Positions 10,578 through 19,780 of a DNA stretch of 56,014 nt are shown piece after piece. The translations under genes were made by a program, and so were the position numbers. How positions within the stretch are numbered: the first letter of the stretch is position 1; each line of letters begins with the position of its first letter. Source of the DNA: a virus (Duplodnaviria; Caudoviricetes); the IMG/VR virus record IMGVR_UViG_3300024265_000059, positions 1 through 56,014 of that record. The stretch is one strand, 5' to 3'. The notes under the pieces are model-generated. The model searched no databases. It saw only the letters and a program-made list of their open reading frames with translations, and was not told the origin of the DNA.

Positions 10578-11339
10578 ATGAAAAAAGCTTTGATACTATA
10601 TTGGCACGGACTTGGGGATGTAATTATGCTTACCCCTATTCTTAGACATCTACACGAGACTAGACACGACGTTCATCTTATGTGTAGGCCAGAGGTTACA
10701 GGATGCAGCCTGCTAAAAGACTGCCCGTATGTTAGTCTGTTTATCAATGTTACCAATCCTTGGCAATCGCCTTTGGGATTCGATCGACAGAGAAATATCA
10801 ACATTACTACGTACAAAGAGTTGTCACTAAACTACGACTGGTTTGCTCACTGTCTGCACGAACAGATTGTTTGTGGTTGCAAAATTGAGACCAACTGGAG
10901 TGAATGCGGTCTGGTCCCAGATAACAGAAACCATCAGCTTGAGGTTTTCATACCTCCTGAGACAGAAAAGACAGCCATGAAGTACATCGAGGATAATTAT
11001 CCAGATGGATATATTTTCCGCCATACAGACATAGAATTTCATTCAACACATGATTGGGATTGCGAAGAATGGATCAAGGATAACCTACCAGACCTACCTA
11101 TTATCAACACTGGATTTGGTGGTAATTATTACTGTTCAGATGTCGATATCAACTTTTCGTTTGTGTTGGCAAGAGAAGCTGACCACAGAGTGTTGTCATC
11201 ATCTGTTTTTGTCCATGCCTGCGATGCAATGAATGTGCCAATAGATGTGATCAATTACGGTAGGCCGGATCATAAAGTGTGGCCAAAAGATAGCAATAAG
11301 GTTCTTAGAATTCGAGAGAACGGAAGGTGGATTAGATGA
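10578..11339 (+). CDS. GT9-like glycosyltransferase (divergent)
   Basis: HGLGDVIMLTPILRHL N-terminus; SSVFVHAC.A near the C-terminus. Confidence 0.65.
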   Translation: MKKALILYWHGLGDVIMLTPILRHLHETRHDVHLMCRPEVTGCSLLKDCPYVSLFINVTNPWQSPLGFDRQRNINITTYKELSLNYDWFAHCLHEQIVCGCKIETNWSECGLVPDNRNHQLEVFIPPETEKTAMKYIEDNYPDGYIFRHTDIEFHSTHDWDCEEWIKDNLPDLPIINTGFGGNYYCSDVDINFSFVLAREADHRVLSSSVFVHACDAMNVPIDVINYGRPDHKVWPKDSNKVLRIRENGRWIR

Positions 11340-11932
11340 GTTATCATCCTAACTTTTTTGAAGCTGGTGGAAGGGTTGTGCGACAGGATTGCCTGGGACG
11401 ACTAAAGACAATTCAGAAGCACATAGAGCCAGGCAGTTTGTTGGACGTAGGATGCAGCGAAGGATTCTACTCTTTCGGTCTGCATGAAACTTGTGGTCCA
11501 ATCTTGGCAATAGACAAAGAGCAACCATTGATAGATACTGCAAATGAAATCAGACAAAATCAACGTCAGTGCTGGCACATACATTTCCAGTGCATGAAAC
11601 TGGATGAGCTTTTTTCAGGAAACGGTCATTGGGATACGGGTCTTTATCTTAGTGTGCATCACCACATAGTTGCGCAGTTTGGATTAGATGCGGCGAAGGA
11701 TGTTCTTCGTAAACTTTCAGAAAAGTGCGACACAATGTTTTTCGACATGGGTCAGAAAAATGAACAGAATTCCGAAATGCACAAGTGGTGGCAATTGTTA
11801 CCAGAAAACGACGACCAGGAAAAGTGGTTGGCCGAATACCTGGGAGACAATACAGTTTACAACCATGCCGAGATTATTGGTTCTTCTGACATACATAAGA
11901 TGAAAAGATTGCTATGGAAATTGACCAAATAA
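11336..11932 (+). CDS. SAM methyltransferase, resembles the WbdD N-terminal domain
   Basis: RQDC..RL..I, LLDVGCSEGFYS, LSVHHHIV..FG.D....L..L. Confidence 0.7.
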   Translation: MSYHPNFFEAGGRVVRQDCLGRLKTIQKHIEPGSLLDVGCSEGFYSFGLHETCGPILAIDKEQPLIDTANEIRQNQRQCWHIHFQCMKLDELFSGNGHWDTGLYLSVHHHIVAQFGLDAAKDVLRKLSEKCDTMFFDMGQKNEQNSEMHKWWQLLPENDDQEKWLAEYLGDNTVYNHAEIIGSSDIHKMKRLLWKLTK

Positions 11933-12474
11933 TATCGTTTGACGACAAGAACTATATCGTTTGTCATGTTTACTACCGCACAATGGGTAGTCACGATCAG
12001 CGTCTAATGCCATATGTCACAGACAGAATTGAACACAGAAGAACATTTGGTCTAGTATCTAGACACGATAAACTGTTCTGGGTCAAAGAGTATACACAGC
12101 CAGATTATGGACACAGTATTACCTACGAATTCGAAGAAACATCAAAATTGCACTATCCAACAACGGTAGACGGGAACTTAATCAGAACTGTTCGTATGAT
12201 CAGCGTTAGTGGCAACAGATTGTTGATGGAATATTGCGATGGATATGTCAAGCTAAAAGATGCAAAGCTTAATCCAGATCAGAGGAAAATGGTCACCAAG
12301 CTTATTAGCAAATGGATAGACGAACACGACGTGCATGATTATGATATGTGCGAAAATAACATAATGGTAAAAGCAGAGAGCAACTTGAGTTTGATCCTTA
12401 TCGATTTCGAATATTCGGTTGGAGTCAATGAGGAAAGATGGTTAAGATTTTTGGAAGGCTGGTTTAATGCCTAA
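11914..12474 (+). CDS. Protein-kinase-like fold kinase (sugar/LPS kinase-like)
   Basis: WVKEY, LLMEYCDG, YDMCENNIMV, LIDFE. Confidence 0.65.
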   Translation: MEIDQIISFDDKNYIVCHVYYRTMGSHDQRLMPYVTDRIEHRRTFGLVSRHDKLFWVKEYTQPDYGHSITYEFEETSKLHYPTTVDGNLIRTVRMISVSGNRLLMEYCDGYVKLKDAKLNPDQRKMVTKLISKWIDEHDVHDYDMCENNIMVKAESNLSLILIDFEYSVGVNEERWLRFLEGWFNA

Positions 12475-13306
12475 AATCATTGGACTGATCAATTCGTGGT
12501 ATTCCGAAAAATGGATTGCCGCATCCATAGAGCAGGCATTACTGTACTGTGACGAAGTCATAGTGGCGATTGGTGCGCATTCTAAAGCACTTGCCAACCT
12601 GAAAGACAGGACCAGGGAGATAGCAAAAACATATTCAGATAGAGTCACGTTAATAAAAGCGTCTATGTCTAGTGTCCATGACCAGAGCAAGGCAGATACA
12701 CTAAACAGGATGTTGTCTGTAAGCAAATTACACAAGCCAGGAAACTGGATATGGATACTCGACGGGGATGAGTTCTATTTTGAATGTTCCTATCTTAAAA
12801 TAAGAGAAGCAATTGCTTCTGGTTTGTATACACACATGAAGGTTGAAGAGAAGTTCTTCCTAATCAATACCATGAGATATCTACTGGGGAGTCATGGGAG
12901 ACTATTCAGAATAGGAAGTACAAATGATCGATTTAAGCCTACACAACACTGGACAGGTGTCAAGACAAAAGAATATGTACTAAGAAGAGATGATGGCAAA
13001 ATGGGAATGTTTCACTATAGTCTTCTAACAGATACAGATTATCGCAGAATTATGTGGGAAACTGAACACTCGTATAGCCAATCCAACAAATTGCAATGGC
13101 TATCTGACATATACATACTATATGACCTAGATGACGAAGAACTGTGGATAACCAAAAACCAAAAATTATTCGGAGTAAAATCCCCGTGGTTTGCTAAAGA
13201 GATGAAGGCGAATAACGATGGTAAACTTTTTGTGTATGACGGTCCTCATCCCGAACTAGTAGAGAAAGCTGGTATTACTAGTATACCAGATTTCAGAAAG
13301 GTCTAA
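12467..13306 (+). CDS. Glycosyltransferase family 2-like
   Basis: E..IA.SI...L..CDEVIV, WIWILDGDEFY, RLFR, FHYS. Confidence 0.75.
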   Translation: MPKIIGLINSWYSEKWIAASIEQALLYCDEVIVAIGAHSKALANLKDRTREIAKTYSDRVTLIKASMSSVHDQSKADTLNRMLSVSKLHKPGNWIWILDGDEFYFECSYLKIREAIASGLYTHMKVEEKFFLINTMRYLLGSHGRLFRIGSTNDRFKPTQHWTGVKTKEYVLRRDDGKMGMFHYSLLTDTDYRRIMWETEHSYSQSNKLQWLSDIYILYDLDDEELWITKNQKLFGVKSPWFAKEMKANNDGKLFVYDGPHPELVEKAGITSIPDFRKV

Positions 13307-13310
13307 TGTC

Positions 13311-14156
13311 ATGTCCCAAATGATGATCGGAAGCATGAACGGCAATATGTATCTCTTTGATACGGATACTGGTGAATTAACTCCATATGATAAGCCAGAC
13401 GACAAAGGGATCATGGGGCTTGCTCGGCATGGAGAGTACCTCTTCGTTTCATCTAGAGAGATGGTAATGAGGCAGAAATATCCAATTGACAAATCGGAGG
13501 ATTCGTTGTGTTTGAGATTCCCAAAAGAATCACCGCAATTCCATCAAATGATGATACTTCATAGTGAGATATATTTGACATGCACTATTCTCAATGAGAT
13601 ATGGGTTTTCAACAACGAACTCAAATTACTAGGGAAAAGGAATATAAGACCCCCCAATCCAAAGCAGCCAGTAGGATTGAAGGTAAATTATAATCATGTA
13701 AACAGCATATGTTTCCACAACGATAGATATCATGTTGGACTCAACTGGTTGACATCAGAGCAGTACGGAAGAAGTGGCGTATGTGTTTTGGATACCAAGT
13801 TTAGAGAACTGCGAAGATATCAATACGGTTGGGAAATGCATGGATTTACTTTCGTAGACGGGAAGCCATGTGCATTATGCGCATCTTCGAAGCTAGCTGG
13901 AAGAATTATGGAACACCCTCTTGTCGCGGGATTAATTGTCGATGATGAGGTAGTTTTCGAACACTCTACGGACGTGTTCTGTAAGGCACTTGTTGTGTCG
14001 GACGATCGCATTTATCTACTTGGTGGAGATGTCGCACCAAGAGAAGACAGGGGAACTTCGCGTGGATTCATTTATGTTCTCGATAGGGAATTCAATCTAC
14101 TAGACACGCTGAAGTTTGACGGTACTGGACAATTTTGTGGAGGAATTCTGTTATGA
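13311..14156 (+). CDS. Beta-propeller-like protein
   Basis: Repeated beta-blade pattern, GIMGLA, HVNSI; function unknown. Confidence 0.45.
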   Translation: MSQMMIGSMNGNMYLFDTDTGELTPYDKPDDKGIMGLARHGEYLFVSSREMVMRQKYPIDKSEDSLCLRFPKESPQFHQMMILHSEIYLTCTILNEIWVFNNELKLLGKRNIRPPNPKQPVGLKVNYNHVNSICFHNDRYHVGLNWLTSEQYGRSGVCVLDTKFRELRRYQYGWEMHGFTFVDGKPCALCASSKLAGRIMEHPLVAGLIVDDEVVFEHSTDVFCKALVVSDDRIYLLGGDVAPREDRGTSRGFIYVLDREFNLLDTLKFDGTGQFCGGILL

Positions 14157-15073
14157 TCAAGGTAGCATACATAGAAAAATTTGATCATTACTTTTCTAGC
14201 GCCAACTACATAGCCGCCGCTTTTAACAGAATGGGTATCGAAGTCATGTCTATCTCTTTAGATGCACCGTGGCACACGATAAGAGAAATGATAATCAGCT
14301 ATAAACCAGATTTTGTGTTATGTAGCAAGGGTGCAGACTATTTCGAAAGACTAGTCCCGTGGATAAAAGCTTGTGGTATACCTTTGGTTCACTGGAGTTT
14401 TGATAGACTGTTTTATCTTGATAGAGCCCAGACTGTTATTCGCAAGCGAAAACTTTACACGTCAGACCTAGTGTTCACGACCGATGGAGGATGTGACGAA
14501 CAGTGGCGAGAACAATTCAAAGTGCATCACCGCACATTGAGACAAGGAATACACGGTCCAGATCGCCTGTGGCTAGACCCAGTTCCGAAAGATTTTGATA
14601 TTGTATTTATAGGTAGTGTCTACAACGAATGTCGAAGAAATCTTGTTCGTTTTTTGTCATCAACATACGGAAGTAGATTCAAAGTTTTCGGAGCATCAGA
14701 AAAGCCAGAAGATCAAATTAGAGGACTTGATCTCAATGAACTATTAAGGTCTGTGAAAATCGTAGTCGGAGATTCACTGCCAGGAGACCACTATTGGAGC
14801 AACCGCTTGTACGAACAGCGTGGACGTGGTGGCTTTTTATTGCATCCATATACTGTTGGGATGGGTCTTGAATTCGAAGTTGGCAAAGAGTTAGTGTTGT
14901 ATCCAAGGGACAATATGGATGAACTGAAAAATATCATAGACTATTATGTAGATCATGACGAAGAAAGAGAACAAATTCGAAGCTGCGGATTCCACAGGTG
15001 CCCTACATACGAAGACAGAGTACGTACAATGATGCATTTTGTTAAAGCCATTATCCGAAGGAGACAGACATGA
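14153..15073 (+). CDS. Glycosyltransferase, CgeB/YkvP-like (GT-B)
   Basis: FDIVFIGS, KIVVGDS..YWSNRLYE..GRGGFLLH, HTY-like PTY..R. Confidence 0.8.
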   Translation: MIKVAYIEKFDHYFSSANYIAAAFNRMGIEVMSISLDAPWHTIREMIISYKPDFVLCSKGADYFERLVPWIKACGIPLVHWSFDRLFYLDRAQTVIRKRKLYTSDLVFTTDGGCDEQWREQFKVHHRTLRQGIHGPDRLWLDPVPKDFDIVFIGSVYNECRRNLVRFLSSTYGSRFKVFGASEKPEDQIRGLDLNELLRSVKIVVGDSLPGDHYWSNRLYEQRGRGGFLLHPYTVGMGLEFEVGKELVLYPRDNMDELKNIIDYYVDHDEEREQIRSCGFHRCPTYEDRVRTMMHFVKAIIRRRQT

Positions 15074-15768
15074 AACTACATAACTGCAAATTGTGCGGAG
15101 GGAATCTTCGAGGCCCGGTTGTTGGTTATTTTTTCTCGTGCGACGAATGTCAGATACATTACAATACTCAAATACCAACAAAGAAGGGTTTGAAAGACAG
15201 ACTAAGAGGAATGATGCTAACTGCTTGCTTTAGCGCGGAAGGAATGAATCGTCGGAAGAACAATGGTGGTGAACAGCTAGACATAATCGCTCCACACATA
15301 AATGTGGGAAAACTTTATGACGTAGGCGCAGCAGGCGGATTCGTAATGAAGGCAGCGGAGGATAGAGGATGGGCTGTCCATGGTAACGAAGTCAGCCAAT
15401 CAGCAGTCTCCTGGGCAAAGCAAAATTATGATCTCGATATCTTTTATGGATTTTTGGAAGACGATCCAATTTCCAAAGACTCAGATTTTGATCTGGTTAT
15501 TTTCTGGAACACATTCGAGCACATGATAGACCCGATAGCCGAATTGAAACTTGCTGTCAGGATGTTGAAACCTGGGGGACATATACACATTAGAGTGCCA
15601 ATCAAAACATCTGAAGAGGTAGTGAAATTTCACGAAGAGTGGCACACGATAGAATTTAGTCTGAAATCGATAGACATATTGCGAAGAAAAAACGGTTTAG
15701 AAACAGTCACAAAGTTTCTTCTAGATTCTCGTGTACCTTGTGTTGATTTTCTGTGGAGGAAACCATGA
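15070..15768 (+). CDS. Class I SAM methyltransferase with N-terminal Zn ribbon
   Basis: CKLC..C..C, LYDVGAAGG, FEHM.DP, LKPGG. Confidence 0.85.
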   Translation: MKLHNCKLCGGNLRGPVVGYFFSCDECQIHYNTQIPTKKGLKDRLRGMMLTACFSAEGMNRRKNNGGEQLDIIAPHINVGKLYDVGAAGGFVMKAAEDRGWAVHGNEVSQSAVSWAKQNYDLDIFYGFLEDDPISKDSDFDLVIFWNTFEHMIDPIAELKLAVRMLKPGGHIHIRVPIKTSEEVVKFHEEWHTIEFSLKSIDILRRKNGLETVTKFLLDSRVPCVDFLWRKP

Positions 15769-16697
15769 AAATACGTGTATCGATGATTCATCAAGCTACG
15801 TCGCCCAGAATGGAAGCCTTTATTAGAACTCTGATGAGAAACGGCCACAGGGTAAGCAAAACCGGAGAAGCTGATATTTGGTTCGTAGATTGTATCTGGC
15901 CACACAAGATAACACAACAAACCATAGACGAGATGATTGCTTACAAAGGCAAGATAGTCTTGTTATCATTGGGCGATCTCAACATATTCAAACTAGATGG
16001 ACTGCCAGACGAATTGGTAGACAGAGTATCGGCGTTCGCAAAGATACAGTGGGAAAATGATTTGACTTCCTATGATCTACGAGTAGTCAATAGGATGGTT
16101 ACTTTCTATCCATTCCTAATTGGGGGATTGCCTCGTCCGTCAGATTTGGAACCTATTGTAAGTTTTTTTGGCTTGCCGACAGGAGCAGGAAAAACAGAAG
16201 ATAACCTTAGAGTGCGTGCGTGTCGAATCATGAAAGATCAGCCGTGGTTTGTCGGCGGCTTGGTTGGACAAGAATGCGGTGCTTATCCTAGAGACATAAC
16301 GGGTTTAGAAACTACGGCTCTACCTAGAGGCGAATACCTTAGAATTATGAGCAAGTCACTCATGTCGTTATGTCTGCCAGGAAATAGCCCACTGACATAT
16401 CGTATGTTCGAAAGCCTCGGTGTAGGCTCTGCGGTCGTATCTTGCTGCCTGGAGGATGTCAGGTGGTTAAACCGCATGGAACCTGGAGTACACTACTTTG
16501 CTGTCGAGCCAGACCTATCGGACCTAATGGAAATATGCGAAAAGGCAGTATACGATAACACGCAAGCCAAAAAAATTGCGTTAGCTGGATACGCTCTACA
16601 CAATGACTACTATGCTATCCAACCAGATGGCGGCTTGTCTAGCAACATGTGGGAAGACATCAGGACACAATTTGACGATCTCGGCATTATAATCTAA
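15765..16697 (+). CDS. Glycosyltransferase (GT-B, C-terminal CgeB-like domain)
   Basis: YL..M..S..SLCLPG...TYRMFE...G, PGVHY, IA..G. Confidence 0.7.
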   Translation: MKIRVSMIHQATSPRMEAFIRTLMRNGHRVSKTGEADIWFVDCIWPHKITQQTIDEMIAYKGKIVLLSLGDLNIFKLDGLPDELVDRVSAFAKIQWENDLTSYDLRVVNRMVTFYPFLIGGLPRPSDLEPIVSFFGLPTGAGKTEDNLRVRACRIMKDQPWFVGGLVGQECGAYPRDITGLETTALPRGEYLRIMSKSLMSLCLPGNSPLTYRMFESLGVGSAVVSCCLEDVRWLNRMEPGVHYFAVEPDLSDLMEICEKAVYDNTQAKKIALAGYALHNDYYAIQPDGGLSSNMWEDIRTQFDDLGIII

Positions 16698-16704
16698 AAA
16701 AAGT

Positions 16705-16733
16705 GGTACAAACTACCTAGTTGGAGGTATAAT
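16705..16733 (+). promoter_or_regulatory. Promoter GGTACAAAC-N13-GTATAAT upstream of dnaE C-half (probably leaderless transcript)
   Basis: TATAAT ends 5 nt before ATG 16739; same bipartite motif at 18697 and 53883. Confidence 0.7.
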
Positions 16734-16738
16734 AGTAT

Positions 16739-18691
16739 ATGATCACGTTCAAGAAATGTAAATGCGAAGTAGAGAGAGGTAAATTTAGTGTCAACGATAT
16801 CCCCCTGGATTGCCCAGCCGTGTGGCAGCTTATCGCTACAGGACATACTGTGGGCGTATTTCAACTTGAGAAGAATCTGGGACAAGATTGGTCGAAGAAA
16901 GTTAAGCCGGATAGCCTGGAAGAACTCGCAGCCTTGACAGCCCTCCTTCGCCCCGGTCCTCTTGAAGCCGGTATGACGCAAGATTATGTAGACATCAAAT
17001 TTAAGCGCAAAAAAAACGAGTATTTACACCCAGCGCTAGAACCTATCCTTAAACCAACATTCGGATGTCTTGTGTATCAGGAACAAGCGATTCGCATAGC
17101 TACTGATATTGCCGGATTGAGTCCGGAGAGTGCTGACGAACTACGAAAAGCCATTGGCAAAAAGAAGCCAGAACTCATGGCTAAAGTCAAGAAAAAGTTC
17201 GTAGAAGGTGCCCAGAGCTATGGCAAAATCAGTCAGGAAATAGCAGAAGAAATTTTCGGATGGATTGAGAAGTGCCAACGATATTCGTTTAACAAATCAC
17301 ATGCAATATCCTACGGAATGATTGCGTATCAAACTGCATGGGTAAAGTGTCACTTTCCACAGGAGTTTTTCACCAGCTATCTGACCTATTCGCAATACAA
17401 GGGTGATCCTAAAGAAGAAATTTACAAACTCGTGCAAGACTCTAGATTATTTGGTATCGATATTTTTCCACCAGATATACGACGAGGAAATGTTCACTTC
17501 AAAATGGTTGATAAGCCAAGCAAAGGCATAGCATTTGGCCTGGCGCACATAAGGGGTGTCGGAGCATCAGCAATCCAAAAGATCGTCGCAGCGGGCGAGG
17601 AAACGCCAGCAATGGACCCTTTAGACGAGAATGTACTGAAGCACATGGGTTCTGCGTCGGTGGCTGCAAAATCAGATGCGGTAGAAGCAATTCACAATGG
17701 TTGTCCCAAGCAAGTAAAGTACGGCCTTAAAACTTGGGCAGATTTTTTGGCAGCAGTTCCTGCTTTTCACAGGAATGTTGGAATTGCTCTGATTAAATCT
17801 GGTGCTTGCGATTGCTACCACAGACCACGTAGCGAAATGGTTAGAGAACTCGAAATCGTACTCGGAACCACTGTGAGAGATCACACCGGAAAGAAAGTTG
17901 AAGTTAGAGGGTTAACCGAAAAAGAAAAGGGATACTTTTTCGCCCATCTACAAGAAGACATCATGACCACCAAACAAATCCTGCTAGAAATGTCTCAGCC
18001 CCCAGGAGAGAAAACCAAAACAATCAGACAGATGACCAAGCGAGAACTGGTAAAAACGGCTGTTGGATACCTAGACCAAGCGGATGTGGCTTTTGATGGC
18101 ATCACGGATGGGGACAGTAAATTCGTGTACACGTCTTCTGACGAAAAAGAGACTTGGTTGGACAACGTGCATAGCCGCACCAAAACAGCAATTGAAAAAC
18201 TCATGATTGAGAATGGTTATCAAGACATTGCAGTGAAGCCACCGTGTTCGAGCGAGGCGAGACGGACAAAGATGGCACAGAAAGCGGATATGTTGGAAGA
18301 TGAATTACAAGACACAAACATGGCAAATGCTACGGCTGAAAAACACTTCTTGGGCATTGCTCTATCATGCTCTCAGGCTGATGATGCGGATAATGCATTG
18401 GCTACCCATACATGTTTAGACATCGCAAGAGCGGCCAATAGTGAGTCCATTGCGGTATGCGTGATCATAGATAGTGTCAAGCATACAAAAACCAAGCGTG
18501 GACGTAATCCTGGTCAGCCGATGTGTTTCCTAACCATGTCTGACGCAACCTACTCGATCGATCATGCGGTTGTTTTTCCAGATGCTTTCGACAGACTGAA
18601 GGCATTTTGCAAAGACGATTTAATTGGTCTTGTGTTCGGCGAAAAAAAGAACGGTAGCTTTATCGTAAAAGATATTCAGAAATTGATGTAA
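16739..18691 (+). CDS. dnaE: DNA polymerase III alpha, C-terminal half (fingers, HhH, OB) of a split dnaE
   Basis: IPLD, T.GVFQLE, LLRPGPL, LVYQEQ, ADELRKAIGKKK, YSFNKSHA, FGL..IRGVG, OB-fold M.FLT.SD...VVFP. Confidence 0.93.
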   Translation: MITFKKCKCEVERGKFSVNDIPLDCPAVWQLIATGHTVGVFQLEKNLGQDWSKKVKPDSLEELAALTALLRPGPLEAGMTQDYVDIKFKRKKNEYLHPALEPILKPTFGCLVYQEQAIRIATDIAGLSPESADELRKAIGKKKPELMAKVKKKFVEGAQSYGKISQEIAEEIFGWIEKCQRYSFNKSHAISYGMIAYQTAWVKCHFPQEFFTSYLTYSQYKGDPKEEIYKLVQDSRLFGIDIFPPDIRRGNVHFKMVDKPSKGIAFGLAHIRGVGASAIQKIVAAGEETPAMDPLDENVLKHMGSASVAAKSDAVEAIHNGCPKQVKYGLKTWADFLAAVPAFHRNVGIALIKSGACDCYHRPRSEMVRELEIVLGTTVRDHTGKKVEVRGLTEKEKGYFFAHLQEDIMTTKQILLEMSQPPGEKTKTIRQMTKRELVKTAVGYLDQADVAFDGITDGDSKFVYTSSDEKETWLDNVHSRTKTAIEKLMIENGYQDIAVKPPCSSEARRTKMAQKADMLEDELQDTNMANATAEKHFLGIALSCSQADDADNALATHTCLDIARAANSESIAVCVIIDSVKHTKTKRGRNPGQPMCFLTMSDATYSIDHAVVFPDAFDRLKAFCKDDLIGLVFGEKKNGSFIVKDIQKLM

Positions 18692-18696
18692 TTTCT

Positions 18697-18725
18697 GGAA
18701 CAAACATCCCTGCTTGACGTATAAT
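18697..18725 (+). promoter_or_regulatory. Promoter GGAACAAAC-N13-GTATAAT upstream of ssb
   Basis: Intergenic; second copy of the motif. Confidence 0.7.
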
Positions 18726-18764
18726 AGTATGGATGGATGATCTTCTAATTTGAAAGGTGAAGAC

Positions 18765-19193
18765 ATGGCAGCGATGACAGTTTTTGGTGTTGGTGTAGCT
18801 ACGGCAGATGCCGAATTGAAGTATGTCGGGGAGAAGAAGTCTGCTGTTTGTTCGGTCAACCTTGCGTTCAACCGCAACTGGAAGGACCGCGAAGGGCAAT
18901 GGCAGAAAGAAGCATGTTTCATGAGGGCTCAGGTTTGGGGCACTCGCGCCGAACGTATGGCGGAATTGGTCAAGAAAGGCCAGCCCGTATATGTTAACGG
19001 GTATCTGAAGCAGGATAATTGGGAGAAGGAAGGACAGAAGAGGGTTGCATTCTCTATTGCCATTCAGGATTTCCAGCTAGTGGAAAAGAATGCCAAGAGC
19101 AATGGCGAGTCAAAGAATGCAGAGCCTACGGCTGCTACTGCGGCACAGGTACCAGCGAACACCGATACGTCTCCAGACGACATGCCGTTCTAA
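18765..19193 (+). CDS. ssb: Single-stranded DNA-binding protein
   Basis: OB-fold pattern WG..AE....KG..VYV.G.L...W; acidic C-terminus DDMPF. Confidence 0.92.
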   Translation: MAAMTVFGVGVATADAELKYVGEKKSAVCSVNLAFNRNWKDREGQWQKEACFMRAQVWGTRAERMAELVKKGQPVYVNGYLKQDNWEKEGQKRVAFSIAIQDFQLVEKNAKSNGESKNAEPTAATAAQVPANTDTSPDDMPF

Positions 19194-19780
19194 TGACTAG
19201 ACGTAATTCGATTCATGAATTCATCGTCAATTTCGCTACGAAGATAGAACAGCTTTACCCCAACAGCTATTCTGATGTTGGTGACTATATTCAGGAGGGA
19301 CATCTGAAGTTGGCACAAATAAGAGGCTGCGAAGGAAACAAGAGAGATTTTTTTTCGTATGCCATAACATGCGTAGCTAGGGCGATGAGAAAATCAGCTA
19401 TCGATTCAACATGTGTTGCATCGGCTCCACATAGGATCAAGTGGATGGCACATAAGATTAATAGCCTTTTGGCGTCTGGCAGCACAGAACAAGAAGTTTG
19501 TAGGAAACTAGAAATCACTGTCGAACAACTTTTCGAGATCAAACAGCTTTATTATCACGAATCTTGGAACATGCTTTTTGAAGAACCTGCCGAAAGTGCA
19601 GAGTCGTTTTCTTTTTTCGACGACATCTTAGAATCAGAACAACTGACCGAAGAAGATGTGGTTATTCTCAAAGCACAATTCGAAAACGCTATCGACGATC
19701 TCGATTTGGATAGAAATCAAATATACAGAAAGATGGTAGAAATTCGTCTCAAGTTAATTCGGAGTGGATATGGAGACTAA
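19193..19780 (+). CDS. Sigma-70-like factor
   Basis: Region-2-like DYIQEG.L.L...FFSYA...., HTH-like EVCRKLEI; ATG overlaps the ssb stop. Confidence 0.65.
   Translation: MTRRNSIHEFIVNFATKIEQLYPNSYSDVGDYIQEGHLKLAQIRGCEGNKRDFFSYAITCVARAMRKSAIDSTCVASAPHRIKWMAHKINSLLASGSTEQEVCRKLEITVEQLFEIKQLYYHESWNMLFEEPAESAESFSFFDDILESEQLTEEDVVILKAQFENAIDDLDLDRNQIYRKMVEIRLKLIRSGYGD

Noticed and set aside
6000-16800. Split intein or intron joining the dnaE halves
   Set aside because: No intein terminal motifs and no intron-like non-coding sequence; the gap is packed with ordinary genes.
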